Assembly (NCBI GenBank): GCA_003605115.1
Contig: QZKY01000016.1
Span: 109,776-173,775, forward strand
Length of the DNA: 64,000 nt
Direction of reading: 5' to 3'
From: Oxalobacter sp.
GTDB lineage: Bacteria; Pseudomonadota; Gammaproteobacteria; Burkholderiales; Burkholderiaceae_D
This document shows, piece by piece, positions 10,952-19,576 of the stretch. Position numbers and translations under genes: made by a program. The notes under the pieces were generated by a model, which was given only the letters and a program-made list of their open reading frames with translations, ran no database searches and was not told the origin of the DNA. How positions within the stretch are numbered: position 1 is the first letter of the stretch; every line of letters begins with the position of its first letter.

Positions 10952-11613
10952 GTTGCATCCTGTTGCAGCAATTCACGCAAAAGCGGCAGGGTGATGGCGC
11001 GCTGGGTTTCCAGCGAGTAGCGATCCAGCGCATCAAGCATCGTTGCGAGAGATCGCATGTCCCTGTGATAATGCGTAATAAGATAGGGTAACACGCCCGG
11101 CGATAGAAGCAAGCCTCTCGCTTGTGCTGACTGGGTCAGCGCCGTGATTTTTTCATCGTCGCTCAGGCGGTGGAGGTGGTAAATCAATCCCCAGCCCATG
11201 CGGCTGCGCAAATCCTCGCGCACAGCCAGCGTGGCGGGGGCGGCGTTGCCGGTTGAGATCATGTAGCCGCCATGATCGCGCACTTGATTAAAAAGCGTGA
11301 AGGCAGCGATTTGTGCATCGGGCGAGAGCTTGTCGCAATCGTCCAGCAAATACAGTTGAATGTCTGGCGAATAGGCAAAGTCTGCGAGTGGCGCATCCGA
11401 CGCAAGAAAACGTGCGGCGGCTTGCGACGCAAGCGCGCGCAGTAAATGTGTTTTTCCGGAGGCGGGTTCGCCCCACAGATAGGCAAAATGCTCGGGTGAC
11501 AATTGCGCGACAAACTGACGGAGTTGATGGGTCAATTCCTGGTTTTTGCCGACGACAAAGGATTCGAGGGTTTGCGGCTGCTGCGTACCTAAATCCAGCA
11601 ACAGTTGTCGCAT
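10948..11613 (-). CDS. hda: DnaA regulatory inactivator Hda
   Basis: N-terminal clamp-binding-like QLLLDL, GEPASGKTHLL and DLRSR. Confidence 0.93.
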   Translation of the reverse strand: MRQLLLDLGTQQPQTLESFVVGKNQELTHQLRQFVAQLSPEHFAYLWGEPASGKTHLLRALASQAAARFLASDAPLADFAYSPDIQLYLLDDCDKLSPDAQIAAFTLFNQVRDHGGYMISTGNAAPATLAVREDLRSRMGWGLIYHLHRLSDDEKITALTQSAQARGLLLSPGVLPYLITHYHRDMRSLATMLDALDRYSLETQRAITLPLLRELLQQDAT

Positions 11614-11623
11614 GATTCAATGC

Positions 11624-12706
11624 TCATGTAGTGTAAAACTTGCTCTTGTAATAATGGGCGCGTATATGCCGGAATGCGACCGACAGTACAGCGGAGGATG
11701 GTAAAGCCAGCAATACGCCGATGAAACCGAACACTTTGCCGAAGGCAAACAGCGCAAAGATCACCATCAGTGGGTGCAGGCCAATGCGCTTTCCCACCAG
11801 TTTCGGGGTCAGGTAAAACCCTTCGATGACCTGTCCGCCGCCGTAGATAAAGGCAATGTAGACCAATCCCTGAAAGCCGTCGAATTGCAGCAGACCCGCT
11901 ATGGTGGCGAGGACGAGACCAATGCCGAACCCCACGTAGGGAATGAATATCAGCAGGCCGGTCAGGATGCCAACCGGTAGCGCTACGTCAAATCCGAATA
12001 TCGCCAGGCAGGCAGAATAGTAAACGGCAAGTGTGAGCATGACGAGCAACTGGCCGCGCAGATATTGTGCGAGCAACTCATCAATTTCTTTGGCCATGGT
12101 CAGCGTCTTTTTCATCCACCGGCGCGGCACCGCGTTCGTCAGTACGCGCAATAAGTGACGCCAGTCCAGCAGGAGGTAAAACAGTACGACGGGGGTCAAA
12201 ATCAGCGTGATCATCCAGCTCAACAAAGCGGAGCCACCCACGCGCGCCGAGGCAATAATCGATCGCCAGAACCAGGTGCGGCCGGCGGCAAATTGTTCCG
12301 TGACGAATTTTTTCACCCCTGCGGCATCCAGATTGGGGTGAATATCGAGCTCTTGCATCAGCGGCTCGAATGCGTGGTTCAGCTTCACCAGCAAGCCGGG
12401 AATTCTGTCATACAGCATGGGCACTTCTTTTTGCAGGATGGGCACCACCAACAAAATAAGTGCGGTTATCGCCAAGATCAGCAACAGCATCACAATGATG
12501 ACGGCGACAATGCGCGGCAGGCGAAACCGTCCAATTCGCCAGGCACAGATGCGCTCGACAGGGGGGTTGAGCGCATAGGCCAGAATGGCGCCCGCAATGA
12601 AGGGGGTCATGATGGGCCCCAGCAACACCAGAAAAACCATCAGCAACAGCCAGAGTCCCACCCACAGGACGGTTTGTTTCTGGCTGGTCGTGAAGGAATT
12701 GAGCAT
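11624..12706 (-). CDS. AI-2E/PerM family membrane protein
   Basis: Multiple TM segments, YLRGQ and PKLVGKRIGLHP. Confidence 0.88.
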   Translation of the reverse strand: MLNSFTTSQKQTVLWVGLWLLLMVFLVLLGPIMTPFIAGAILAYALNPPVERICAWRIGRFRLPRIVAVIIVMLLLILAITALILLVVPILQKEVPMLYDRIPGLLVKLNHAFEPLMQELDIHPNLDAAGVKKFVTEQFAAGRTWFWRSIIASARVGGSALLSWMITLILTPVVLFYLLLDWRHLLRVLTNAVPRRWMKKTLTMAKEIDELLAQYLRGQLLVMLTLAVYYSACLAIFGFDVALPVGILTGLLIFIPYVGFGIGLVLATIAGLLQFDGFQGLVYIAFIYGGGQVIEGFYLTPKLVGKRIGLHPLMVIFALFAFGKVFGFIGVLLALPSSAVLSVAFRHIRAHYYKSKFYTT

Positions 12707-12825
12707 GGTTTGTTTTGCGGTTGCTTGTAGCGTTTATTGGGTGGCTTATCGGGGCAGTTTGATAAAATGGCGTTTTTGCGTCTCGCAAACAACCCTATTT
12801 TAACCGCCTGGGCACCAAAGACACC

Positions 12826-13869
12826 ATGAACAAACCATCAAATGTTTCCCTTTCTTACCGCGACGCCGGGGTTGATATTGACGCAGGCGATGCATTGGTC
12901 GAAGCCATCAAGCCTTTTGCCAAGCGCACCATGCGCGAAGGGGTGCTGGCCGGGATCGGGGGCTTTGGCGCCCTGTTCGAAATTAGCAAAAAATACAAGG
13001 AACCCGTGCTGGTTTCCGGCACCGATGGCGTCGGCACCAAGCTGCGCCTGGCGTTTGATCTGAACCGCCACGACACGGTCGGGATCGATTTGGTCGCCAT
13101 GAGCGTCAACGACATCTTGGTACAGGGTGCGGAACCGCTGTTCTTCCTCGATTACTTCGCCTGCGGCAAACTCAATGTGGTCACCGCGACTGACGTGATC
13201 AAGGGCATTGCCCAAGGTTGCGAACAGGCGGGATGTGCGCTGATCGGCGGCGAAACCGCGGAAATGCCCAGCATGTACCCGGACGGCGAATACGATCTGG
13301 CCGGTTTTGCGGTGGGCGCGGTTGAAAAATCCAAAATCATTGACGGCAGCAAGATCGTGCCGGGTGACGTGGTGTTGGGCTTGGCTTCAAGCGGGGCACA
13401 TTCCAATGGTTACTCGCTGGTACGCAAGATCATCGAGGTGGCAAAACCCGATCTCAACGCCGATTTCCACGGCCGCAAACTTGCGGATGCCCTGATGGCA
13501 CCCACGCGCATTTACGTGAAGCCGCTGCTCGCGCTGATGGCTGCGATGGAAGTCAAAGGCATGGCGCACATCACCGGCGGCGGGCTGGTGGACAACGTGC
13601 CGCGCGTGCTGCGCGAGAATCTCACGGCGGTGTTGCAACGCGATAGCTGGACGCTGCCGCCGCTGTTCCAGTGGCTGCAACAACATGGCGGCGTGGCGGA
13701 TGCGGAAATGCATCGTGTATTCAACTGCGGCATTGGGATGGTCGTGATTGTCGCGAAAGAAAATGCCGATGCGGCGATGGCGCAATTGAAAGCAGCGGGT
13801 GAAACGGTTTATAAAATCGGTGAGATTCGTGCGCGCAAGGGGGATGAGGCGCAGACGATGGTGGTGTGA
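12826..13869 (+). CDS. purM: Phosphoribosylformylglycinamidine cyclo-ligase (AIR synthetase)
   Basis: [32 protein letters not shown] and HITGGG motifs. Confidence 0.98.
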   Translation: MNKPSNVSLSYRDAGVDIDAGDALVEAIKPFAKRTMREGVLAGIGGFGALFEISKKYKEPVLVSGTDGVGTKLRLAFDLNRHDTVGIDLVAMSVNDILVQGAEPLFFLDYFACGKLNVVTATDVIKGIAQGCEQAGCALIGGETAEMPSMYPDGEYDLAGFAVGAVEKSKIIDGSKIVPGDVVLGLASSGAHSNGYSLVRKIIEVAKPDLNADFHGRKLADALMAPTRIYVKPLLALMAAMEVKGMAHITGGGLVDNVPRVLRENLTAVLQRDSWTLPPLFQWLQQHGGVADAEMHRVFNCGIGMVVIVAKENADAAMAQLKAAGETVYKIGEIRARKGDEAQTMVV

Positions 13870-13879
13870 TTGTCTTTAA

Positions 13880-13917
13880 CCCCCTCTCCCCTTGCGGGAG
13901 AGGGTCGGGGTGAGGGG
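13880..13917. repeat. BoxC-like CCCTCTCCC..GGGAGAGGG..GGGGTGAGGGG repeat
   Basis: Hairpin plus purine-rich tail; related copies at 45559-45597 and 45638-45675. Confidence 0.65.
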
Positions 13918-13951
13918 TGCGGTGTCACTACGTAGTGAAGTAGCTGTAGAT

Positions 13952-14167
13952 CGAACTTGCCGGGGGTAGCCCGGCGGCTACCTACCTTTCTTGTCTCGCC
14001 AAGAAAGGTAGGCCAAAGAAGGCGACCGCGAGACGCAGCCCTGCGGGTTCCCGCTGCCAGTGCAGCAAAAGCGGGAAACAAAATAAACTCGCTGCGCTCA
14101 GACAAATTTTGTTTCTAATCCGCTTTTGCTTTCTGCCAGCGGCAGCGTCTAAGCGGATGAAAACCAG
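13952..14167 (+). repeat. Left structured inverted repeat (~216 bp)
   Basis: Begins CGAACTTGCCGGGGGTAGCCCGGCGGCTAC and aligns over its length with the reverse complement of 15147-15360. Confidence 0.92.
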
Positions 14168-14269
14168 ACTCCGAAATTGCTTAATGTTTTTTGGAAATTT
14201 ATTGCACAAGCCAAAAAAGAAATCGAGTACGCCCACTTTAATTTTCTATCACCTCACCAGGAGTAATTA

Positions 14270-15139
14270 ATGAGTGCCCAGATGCCGACTTTTGATGCGT
14301 TGATGAATCCGCTACTCAAGGCGCTTGGGGCGCTAGGTGGTTCTGGATCCATTGAAGAGATCTATGAAAAAGTATTGGAATTGGAATCTATTGGTGAAGA
14401 TATTGCATCTGTCCCACATAATCCTGAGAAGACCAATCAGTCCGAGGTTGCATATCGTTTAGCTTGGGCGCGAACGTACTTAAAAAAGTTTGGTTTTCTG
14501 GAGAATTCAAGTCGCGGCGTTTGGACGTTAACTGCTCTTGCTAAAGAAAAGAAATCTGTTAATCCTCAAGTTGTAGTAAAAGCTGTTAGAGAGGCAGATA
14601 AAAAAGAGGTAAGTTCAAAACCTTCAGAAAGCAATGGAGCAGAATTGTCAGGGGGTGATTCTCCAGAGGAAAACCTTGAATGGAGAGAAGAGTTATACCA
14701 TCTCCTAATAAAAGATATAAAGCCTGATGCCTTTGAAAGGTTAGCCCAGAGGCTTTTGCGTGAATCAGGGTTTGTACAGGTAGAAGTAACGGGTAGAACT
14801 GGAGACGGTGGAATTGATGGGAAGGGGATTGCGAAGATTCACGGATTTATGAGTTTTCACGTAATTTTTCAATGCAAAAAATGGCAGGGTTCAATCTCTG
14901 CAGGCGAGATAAGGGATTTTCGAGGAGCAATGGTTGGTAGAGCTGATAAAGGGTTATTTATCACTACCGGCACATTTACTCCTGCAGCAATTAAAGAGGC
15001 TACACGCGATGGGGCGCCGCCTATTGATCTAGTGGATGGAGATCAGCTTGCTGAAAAGCTTAAAGAATTGCAATTAGGTGTTAAAACAGAGGTTGTGGAA
15101 AAAATTACGATAGACAAGGATTGGTTCAAAAATTTGTGA
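14270..15139 (+). CDS. mrr: Mrr-family (type IV) restriction endonuclease, Mrr_N plus Mrr_cat domains
   Basis: N-terminal YRLAWARTYLKK..SSRGVW; catalytic DGGIDG..QCKK, GLFITTG and LVDGDQL; AGGAG RBS; visibly lower GC than neighbours. Confidence 0.9.
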   Translation: MSAQMPTFDALMNPLLKALGALGGSGSIEEIYEKVLELESIGEDIASVPHNPEKTNQSEVAYRLAWARTYLKKFGFLENSSRGVWTLTALAKEKKSVNPQVVVKAVREADKKEVSSKPSESNGAELSGGDSPEENLEWREELYHLLIKDIKPDAFERLAQRLLRESGFVQVEVTGRTGDGGIDGKGIAKIHGFMSFHVIFQCKKWQGSISAGEIRDFRGAMVGRADKGLFITTGTFTPAAIKEATRDGAPPIDLVDGDQLAEKLKELQLGVKTEVVEKITIDKDWFKNL

Positions 15140-15146
15140 GTTGACG

Positions 15147-15360
15147 CTGGTTTTCCCTCCGCTTGCGACGCTGCCGATGGCGGGGAGGTAAAAGCGGATC
15201 AAGAAGCAAAAACTGTTTGAGCGAAGCGAGTTTTTTTGCTTCCCGCTTTTGCCTTCACGACAGCGGTGAAGTCAGCGGCGCCGCGGTCGCCTTCTTTTGC
15301 ATTCTTTTCTTGGCGAGACAAGAAAAGAATGTAGCCGCCGGGCTACCCCCGGCAAGTTCG
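15147..15360 (-). repeat. Right structured inverted repeat (~214 bp)
   Basis: Ends GTAGCCGCCGGGCTACCCCCGGCAAGTTCG, the exact reverse complement of the first 30 nt of the left copy. Confidence 0.92.
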
Positions 15361-15393
15361 TACTGTAGCAAATTCCATCTTGCTTTGAATCCG

Positions 15394-15456
15394 GAAAAAT
15401 TCAGGGTCAGAGTCAAAATTCGCTTCGCGATATTTGACTGCTGACCCCGGTTTTTC
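15394..15456. repeat. Dispersed GGGTC..GACCC hairpin repeat, copy 2
   Basis: GAAAAATTCAGGGTCAGAGTCAAAA..TTTGACTGCTGACCCCGGTTTTTC. Confidence 0.85.
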
Positions 15457-15554
15457 CTCATGCTCCGAGCTAGCAGCTCAGTATGCGCACGCCACTGGCG
15501 TTGCGCGGTTTTTCCTCGCGCCCCGAGCAAACCACTCAGCAGGCGCGCTGAAAA

Positions 15555-16115
15555 TCAAAACTCATTATGCAACTTCTTATACCCCTGCACCAGCGCATGA
15601 TTGGTACGCACGACGCTTTCTGAAAAGTCGGATTGTCTGGGCGTTACTTTACGCATGGCTTCGAGATCGGTTGCCGGGCCGATGCGTTCCGTGGACGGAA
15701 CGTAAAACCCCGGCGGCAAATCGGCACCGTCAACGACCGCGTTGTGTCGCACGACGCAGCCGTGCCCGACGGTACAGTTATACAGGACGCTGTTGAAACC
15801 GATGAATACGCCATCGCCAACGGTACAGGGGCCATGCACGATGGCGCGATGCGCGATGGAGCTGTGTTTCCCGATGATGACGGGGGTTCCCGCTCGGGAG
15901 TGGATGACAACGCCGTCCTGGATATTGGTATCCGCACCGATGCGGATCGGTTCGATGTTGCCGTTCTCATCCAGTTCATCTGCACGGATGACAGCGTAAG
16001 GGCCGACAAAAACATTTTCTTCTATGATGACCTTGCCGCAGATAATGGCGGTGAAGTCGATGTAGGCGCTCTCGTGGATGACCGGTAAATCGCCGTTGGG
16101 GTTTTTGCGTATCAT
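15555..16115 (-). CDS. Gamma-class carbonic anhydrase-like hexapeptide-repeat protein
   Basis: IRADE, NIQDGVVIH and SIAHRAIVHGP (three His Zn ligands); left-handed beta-helix repeats. Confidence 0.88.
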   Translation of the reverse strand: MIRKNPNGDLPVIHESAYIDFTAIICGKVIIEENVFVGPYAVIRADELDENGNIEPIRIGADTNIQDGVVIHSRAGTPVIIGKHSSIAHRAIVHGPCTVGDGVFIGFNSVLYNCTVGHGCVVRHNAVVDGADLPPGFYVPSTERIGPATDLEAMRKVTPRQSDFSESVVRTNHALVQGYKKLHNEF

Positions 16116-16225
16116 GGGGCAGCTCCTTGTAAGAAATGCGGCGCGTATTTAATCACAATCTGTATGTTCTCACAAGTTCATGTTATATGTGCAAGGGCGA
16201 ATAATTTTGGTCAAAAATTCGGTCA

Positions 16226-16287
16226 GAAAAATTCGGGGTCGGAGTAAATTTCGCTGCGCGAAATAAAACTGCCGACCCCGGTTTTTC
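16226..16287. repeat. Dispersed GGGTC..GACCC hairpin repeat, copy 3
   Basis: GAAAAATTCGGGGTCGGAGT..ACTGCCGACCCCGGTTTTTC. Confidence 0.85.
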
Positions 16288-16306
16288 TTCTCAAGCTTTG
16301 CAGCTC

Positions 16307-16364
16307 AAAAAATAGGGTCAGTGTAATTTACGCTACGCGTAAAAAAACGCTGACCCCATTTTTT
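16307..16364. repeat. Dispersed GGGTC..GACCC hairpin repeat, copy 4 (variant)
   Basis: AAAATAGGGTCAGTGTAATTTACGCTACGCGTAAAAAAACGCTGACCCCATTTT; resembles the reverse complement of 38378-38432. Confidence 0.8.
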
Positions 16365-16376
16365 ACCCATTTATTT

Positions 16377-18461
16377 TTACCGATACATCGCATCCATGAC
16401 CTTGCTGGTTTGCGTGCGGGCGCAAGACGGGCAAACACACGGTGCGTTGGAGTTGAGTCCCAAACGTTTTTGCATCGCTTCGAATTGCGTCTTGGTAGAC
16501 CACGGGACGCCGCAGACTGAGCATGCCATTAGCGGTTGCTTGCGCACGACAGTGCCGGTGATGGTGGTGACGCGTTCGGTGCCGATGGTTTCTACCGTGA
16601 TCGCGCCGGTCGGGCAAACCGCGGCGCAGGCACCGCAACCGATGCACATGGTGGCGGGACGCAGGAAGCCATCGAACACGAGACGACCATTGGTGGTATC
16701 CACCATCCGCAAGGCTTCTGCACCGACTTCAATGCACGCGAGTTCGCACAAGCCGCACCCGATGCAGAGATCGCAGCGCAGGCAGCGTTCTGCTTCGATG
16801 CGTGCGACGTTTTCGTCGAAGTCGAGCTGAATCGGTGTGAACTGCGTGCGACGTTCTATCGGATCGTTTTCCGGCACATGCGGACGATGTGGATCGGTAC
16901 GCGTTTCAGCATTACCTTTGACGAGCGGCGCGAACGCACGACGCTGCGGCTTGAGCGATTCCAGATCCATTTGACTATCGGTCAAATAAGCATTGATCGA
17001 TTCGGCGGCGCGCTTGCCGGAACCAATCGCAGCCACGACGGTACTGCCGCCATGTTGAATGTCGCCGCCGGAGAAGACGCCACGAATGCCCGTCATCAAG
17101 GTCACAGGATCTGCGACGATGTTGCCCCACTTGAGTTCGATGTCGTTCCCGTCAAGGTAGTCGTTGTCCGGGTCTTGCCCAATCGCGGCGATGACATGAT
17201 CCGGCTGGATGACGACGGGTTGGGTCGTTGCCGCATCGGGCGCAGCGCTGTTGCGGACAAATTCGATCTTGTTGCCAGGCAGGATTTTGCTGGGCGCCCA
17301 GAATTCGTGAAGCACAACGCCTTCGTCCAGCGCCATGTCCACTTCGTGCGGATTGGCCGGCATGACCTTGCGCGTGCGGCGGTACCATATCTCCACTTTG
17401 GTGGCACCTTGGCGGAAAGCGGTCATCGCGGCGTCGATCGCGGTATTGCCGCCACCGATCACGACAACATGCGGACCTACGCGTGGGTTCTTGCCGTTGC
17501 GTACCGCGCTCAGGAAATCAATGCCGCCAAGCACGAAGGGTTGATCGTCACCGTCCACGCCCATGCCTTTCGATTTTTGCAAACCGGTGGCGAGGAAGAT
17601 GGCGTCGAAACCCTTTTCGCGCAAATCCTTCAGGTTGGCAATGCGCGTATTCAAGTGGATTTTTACGCCGAGTGATTTGATCATGTCGACTTCGGCGTTG
17701 AGCACATTGTTAGGCAAGCGGTATTCGGGAATGCCGTAGCGCATGATGCCGCCCGCATGTTCGCGCTCATCGAAGATTTCTGCTTGGTGGCCTTTTTGCG
17801 CCAGATAATAGGCGGCGGTCAAGCCTGCTGGGCCAGCGCCCACAATGGCCACTTTTTTGCCAGATGGTGTATCGCATTTCGGGAGCGGATAAGCGCTCGC
17901 GCAACGCGCGGCGACGGATTTCATCGGTTTGATCAAGACAGCCGTGCTCACATCTTTTTGCACGCACGCGTTTTCGCAAGGCGCAGGGCAGACTAGGCCG
18001 CAGGAGTTGGGCAGCGGCGAATCTTTGAGCAATACGTCGAGAGACGCATCATATTTGCCTTGGCCGATGTAGGCGATCATGGTCGGAATGTCGATATGTG
18101 CCGGGCAAGCTTCCTGGCACGGTACGGTGCGCGGTTGCATGCAGGCGTTCGTCTCGCAGGTGTTTTCGGTGACGTGTTGCTGCCATTCGTCACGCGACGT
18201 CTTGAGCGTTTCAGACAGGATCACGGCGGCTTGGGGTGCAAGTTTGGCTAGTTTTTGTGACAGCGCTTCCAGTTCTGTCAGGTGTCCTAAGATGCCCCGC
18301 CCGAGGTGAATTTCCGTAATGATGCGAACAGTCGAGGCGAGGGCTGCGCGCACGGCGGGGGCTGCGCGTTCAGATTGGCGCAATTGGGCGCGCAAGGTCT
18401 TGAGCGTTGTGGTAACGGGGCAGGTTTTGGGAGCGTTGTCGGTGTTCTTTTCAGAGGCCAT
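16377..18461 (-). CDS. NAD(P)H-dependent FAD/Fe-S oxidoreductase: GltD-like core, degenerate NuoF/HydB-like N-terminus, C-terminal ferredoxin domain
   Basis: CQEACP..CGLVCPAPCENAC, IVGAGPAG, VIGGGNTAID..YRR, EAERCLRC, two CxxCxxCxxxC motifs and a terminal CxxC..CxxC. Confidence 0.85.
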   Translation of the reverse strand: MASEKNTDNAPKTCPVTTTLKTLRAQLRQSERAAPAVRAALASTVRIITEIHLGRGILGHLTELEALSQKLAKLAPQAAVILSETLKTSRDEWQQHVTENTCETNACMQPRTVPCQEACPAHIDIPTMIAYIGQGKYDASLDVLLKDSPLPNSCGLVCPAPCENACVQKDVSTAVLIKPMKSVAARCASAYPLPKCDTPSGKKVAIVGAGPAGLTAAYYLAQKGHQAEIFDEREHAGGIMRYGIPEYRLPNNVLNAEVDMIKSLGVKIHLNTRIANLKDLREKGFDAIFLATGLQKSKGMGVDGDDQPFVLGGIDFLSAVRNGKNPRVGPHVVVIGGGNTAIDAAMTAFRQGATKVEIWYRRTRKVMPANPHEVDMALDEGVVLHEFWAPSKILPGNKIEFVRNSAAPDAATTQPVVIQPDHVIAAIGQDPDNDYLDGNDIELKWGNIVADPVTLMTGIRGVFSGGDIQHGGSTVVAAIGSGKRAAESINAYLTDSQMDLESLKPQRRAFAPLVKGNAETRTDPHRPHVPENDPIERRTQFTPIQLDFDENVARIEAERCLRCDLCIGCGLCELACIEVGAEALRMVDTTNGRLVFDGFLRPATMCIGCGACAAVCPTGAITVETIGTERVTTITGTVVRKQPLMACSVCGVPWSTKTQFEAMQKRLGLNSNAPCVCPSCARTQTSKVMDAMYR

Positions 18462-18698
18462 TGTTATCCTGATTACAAAAAAACAAAAAAGCCGCAGAAG
18501 CTCCCAATGAGAGAAGCTTAGAGGCTACAAAAGCGAATAAGGACAGCCGCTTGGCCTTGTGGGCGGGACGTGTTGTCTATAATGCATCCATGGCATGCAT
18601 GATGAGGGTATTCACAAAGCATGTCTGGAAACCGCAATATCTGGATATAATGGCGGTTTGTCGGCTGCAAGGATAGCATGGCTTGCGCACCTGCAAAA

Positions 18699-18718
18699 AT
18701 AAGTAAATGAATGCATAT
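18699..18718. promoter_or_regulatory. Putative FdsR-type operator upstream of hydN1
   Basis: ATAAG-N10-CATAT dyad; the same dyad occurs at 26359-26378. Confidence 0.55.
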
Positions 18719-18743
18719 CTAGGTGAGAAAGAGGAGACGCTCA

Positions 18744-19292
18744 ATGAATCGGTTCGTAATTGCAGAACCCAGTAAATGTATCGGTTGTCGTACCTGCGAA
18801 GTGGCGTGTGTGCTGGCGCATCCCATGATCGATGGGGGATTACAGAACCTGTCTCCAGAAAATTTCAAGCCGCGCTTGAAAGTGGTGAAAAGTGCGACTG
18901 TTACCGCGCCGGTGCAATGCCGCCAGTGCGAAAACGCGCCTTGTGTGAATTCCTGCCCGACCGAAGCGTTGGTGTATAGCAATGGCACGGTGCAATTGAT
19001 TGCCGGTCGCTGTATCGGTTGTCAGACTTGCGTGGTGGCCTGTCCGTTCGGTGCCATGGAAATGGTTGACGTCCTGGTCAAACAATCTGAACTGGGATCG
19101 CTTGCTGCACGCAGAACTGTATCCCAAGCGCACAAGTGCGATATGTGCATCGATCGCGCAGAAGGCCCGGCGTGTATTCCAGTCTGTCCAACCAATGCAT
19201 TGATATTGATTGAACCGTCCAGTCTGGAAAGCGTGAGCGAACAGCGTCGCCAACAGGCGCTCGCCAGCATGGAAGCGGCTGAAAGTCGTTAA
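18744..19292 (+). CDS. hydN: 4x[4Fe-4S] electron-transfer protein (HydN/HycB family), copy 1
   Basis: MNRFVIAEPSKCIGCRTCEVAC, CRQCENAPC, CIGCQTCVVACPFG and AHKCDMC; GAGGAG RBS. Confidence 0.9.
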   Translation: MNRFVIAEPSKCIGCRTCEVACVLAHPMIDGGLQNLSPENFKPRLKVVKSATVTAPVQCRQCENAPCVNSCPTEALVYSNGTVQLIAGRCIGCQTCVVACPFGAMEMVDVLVKQSELGSLAARRTVSQAHKCDMCIDRAEGPACIPVCPTNALILIEPSSLESVSEQRRQQALASMEAAESR

Positions 19293-19314
19293 TCCGTATT
19301 CGTCAAAGCTGATG

Positions 19315-19340
19315 AAGGCGCGCGAAAGCGCGCCTTTTTT
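19315..19340 (+). terminator. Intrinsic terminator after hydN copy 1
   Basis: AAGGCGCGC-GAAA-GCGCGCC followed by a T-tract. Confidence 0.85.
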
Positions 19341-19576
19341 ATTGGGCTAAACCGTAAGTGTTTGCCCATCATTTCCGCGCGTCGGCGATAAGACAACCAC
19401 TGCGATCCCAGGCATCTGGTAAGAAATGCTTTGCATAGAAAGCCATTTCATATCGGCAAGCTTTCTGGTGCTCCCCTATAATCGGACGCTTATTTTGAAA
19501 TGCCTTGTCGCTCGGCGGTGCCGAACGTTTGCATCATCATTTTTTAACTACGTCAGTACAGTAAGGAGAACCCAGC

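Larger units (their letters stand above)
13950..15362. mobile_element. Putative non-autonomous cargo element: ~215-bp inverted repeats enclosing an Mrr gene
   Basis: IRs at 13952-14167 and 15147-15360; CTGTAG direct repeat at 13944-13949 and 15363-15368; AT-rich cargo; no transposase. Confidence 0.6.

Noticed and set aside
13809..14236. Short ORFs 13809-14105 and 13982-14236 (also 15163-15444 and 15255-15530)
   Set aside because: They are translations of the structured repeats, with no RBS or protein-like features.
16160..16200. Zur box upstream of the gamma-carbonic anhydrase
   Set aside because: Only a half-site-like ATGTTATA is present, with no matching inverted half.
15394..16364. Clustered hairpin repeats as a CRISPR array
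   Set aside because: Copies are ~60 bp, divergent and irregularly spaced with genes between them; no cas genes are present.
18660..18700. Sigma-54 promoter for hydN/fdhF, as in enteric FhlA regulons
   Set aside because: TGGC..TGC spacing is one base too long for -24/-12, and no NtrC-type activator is in the window.
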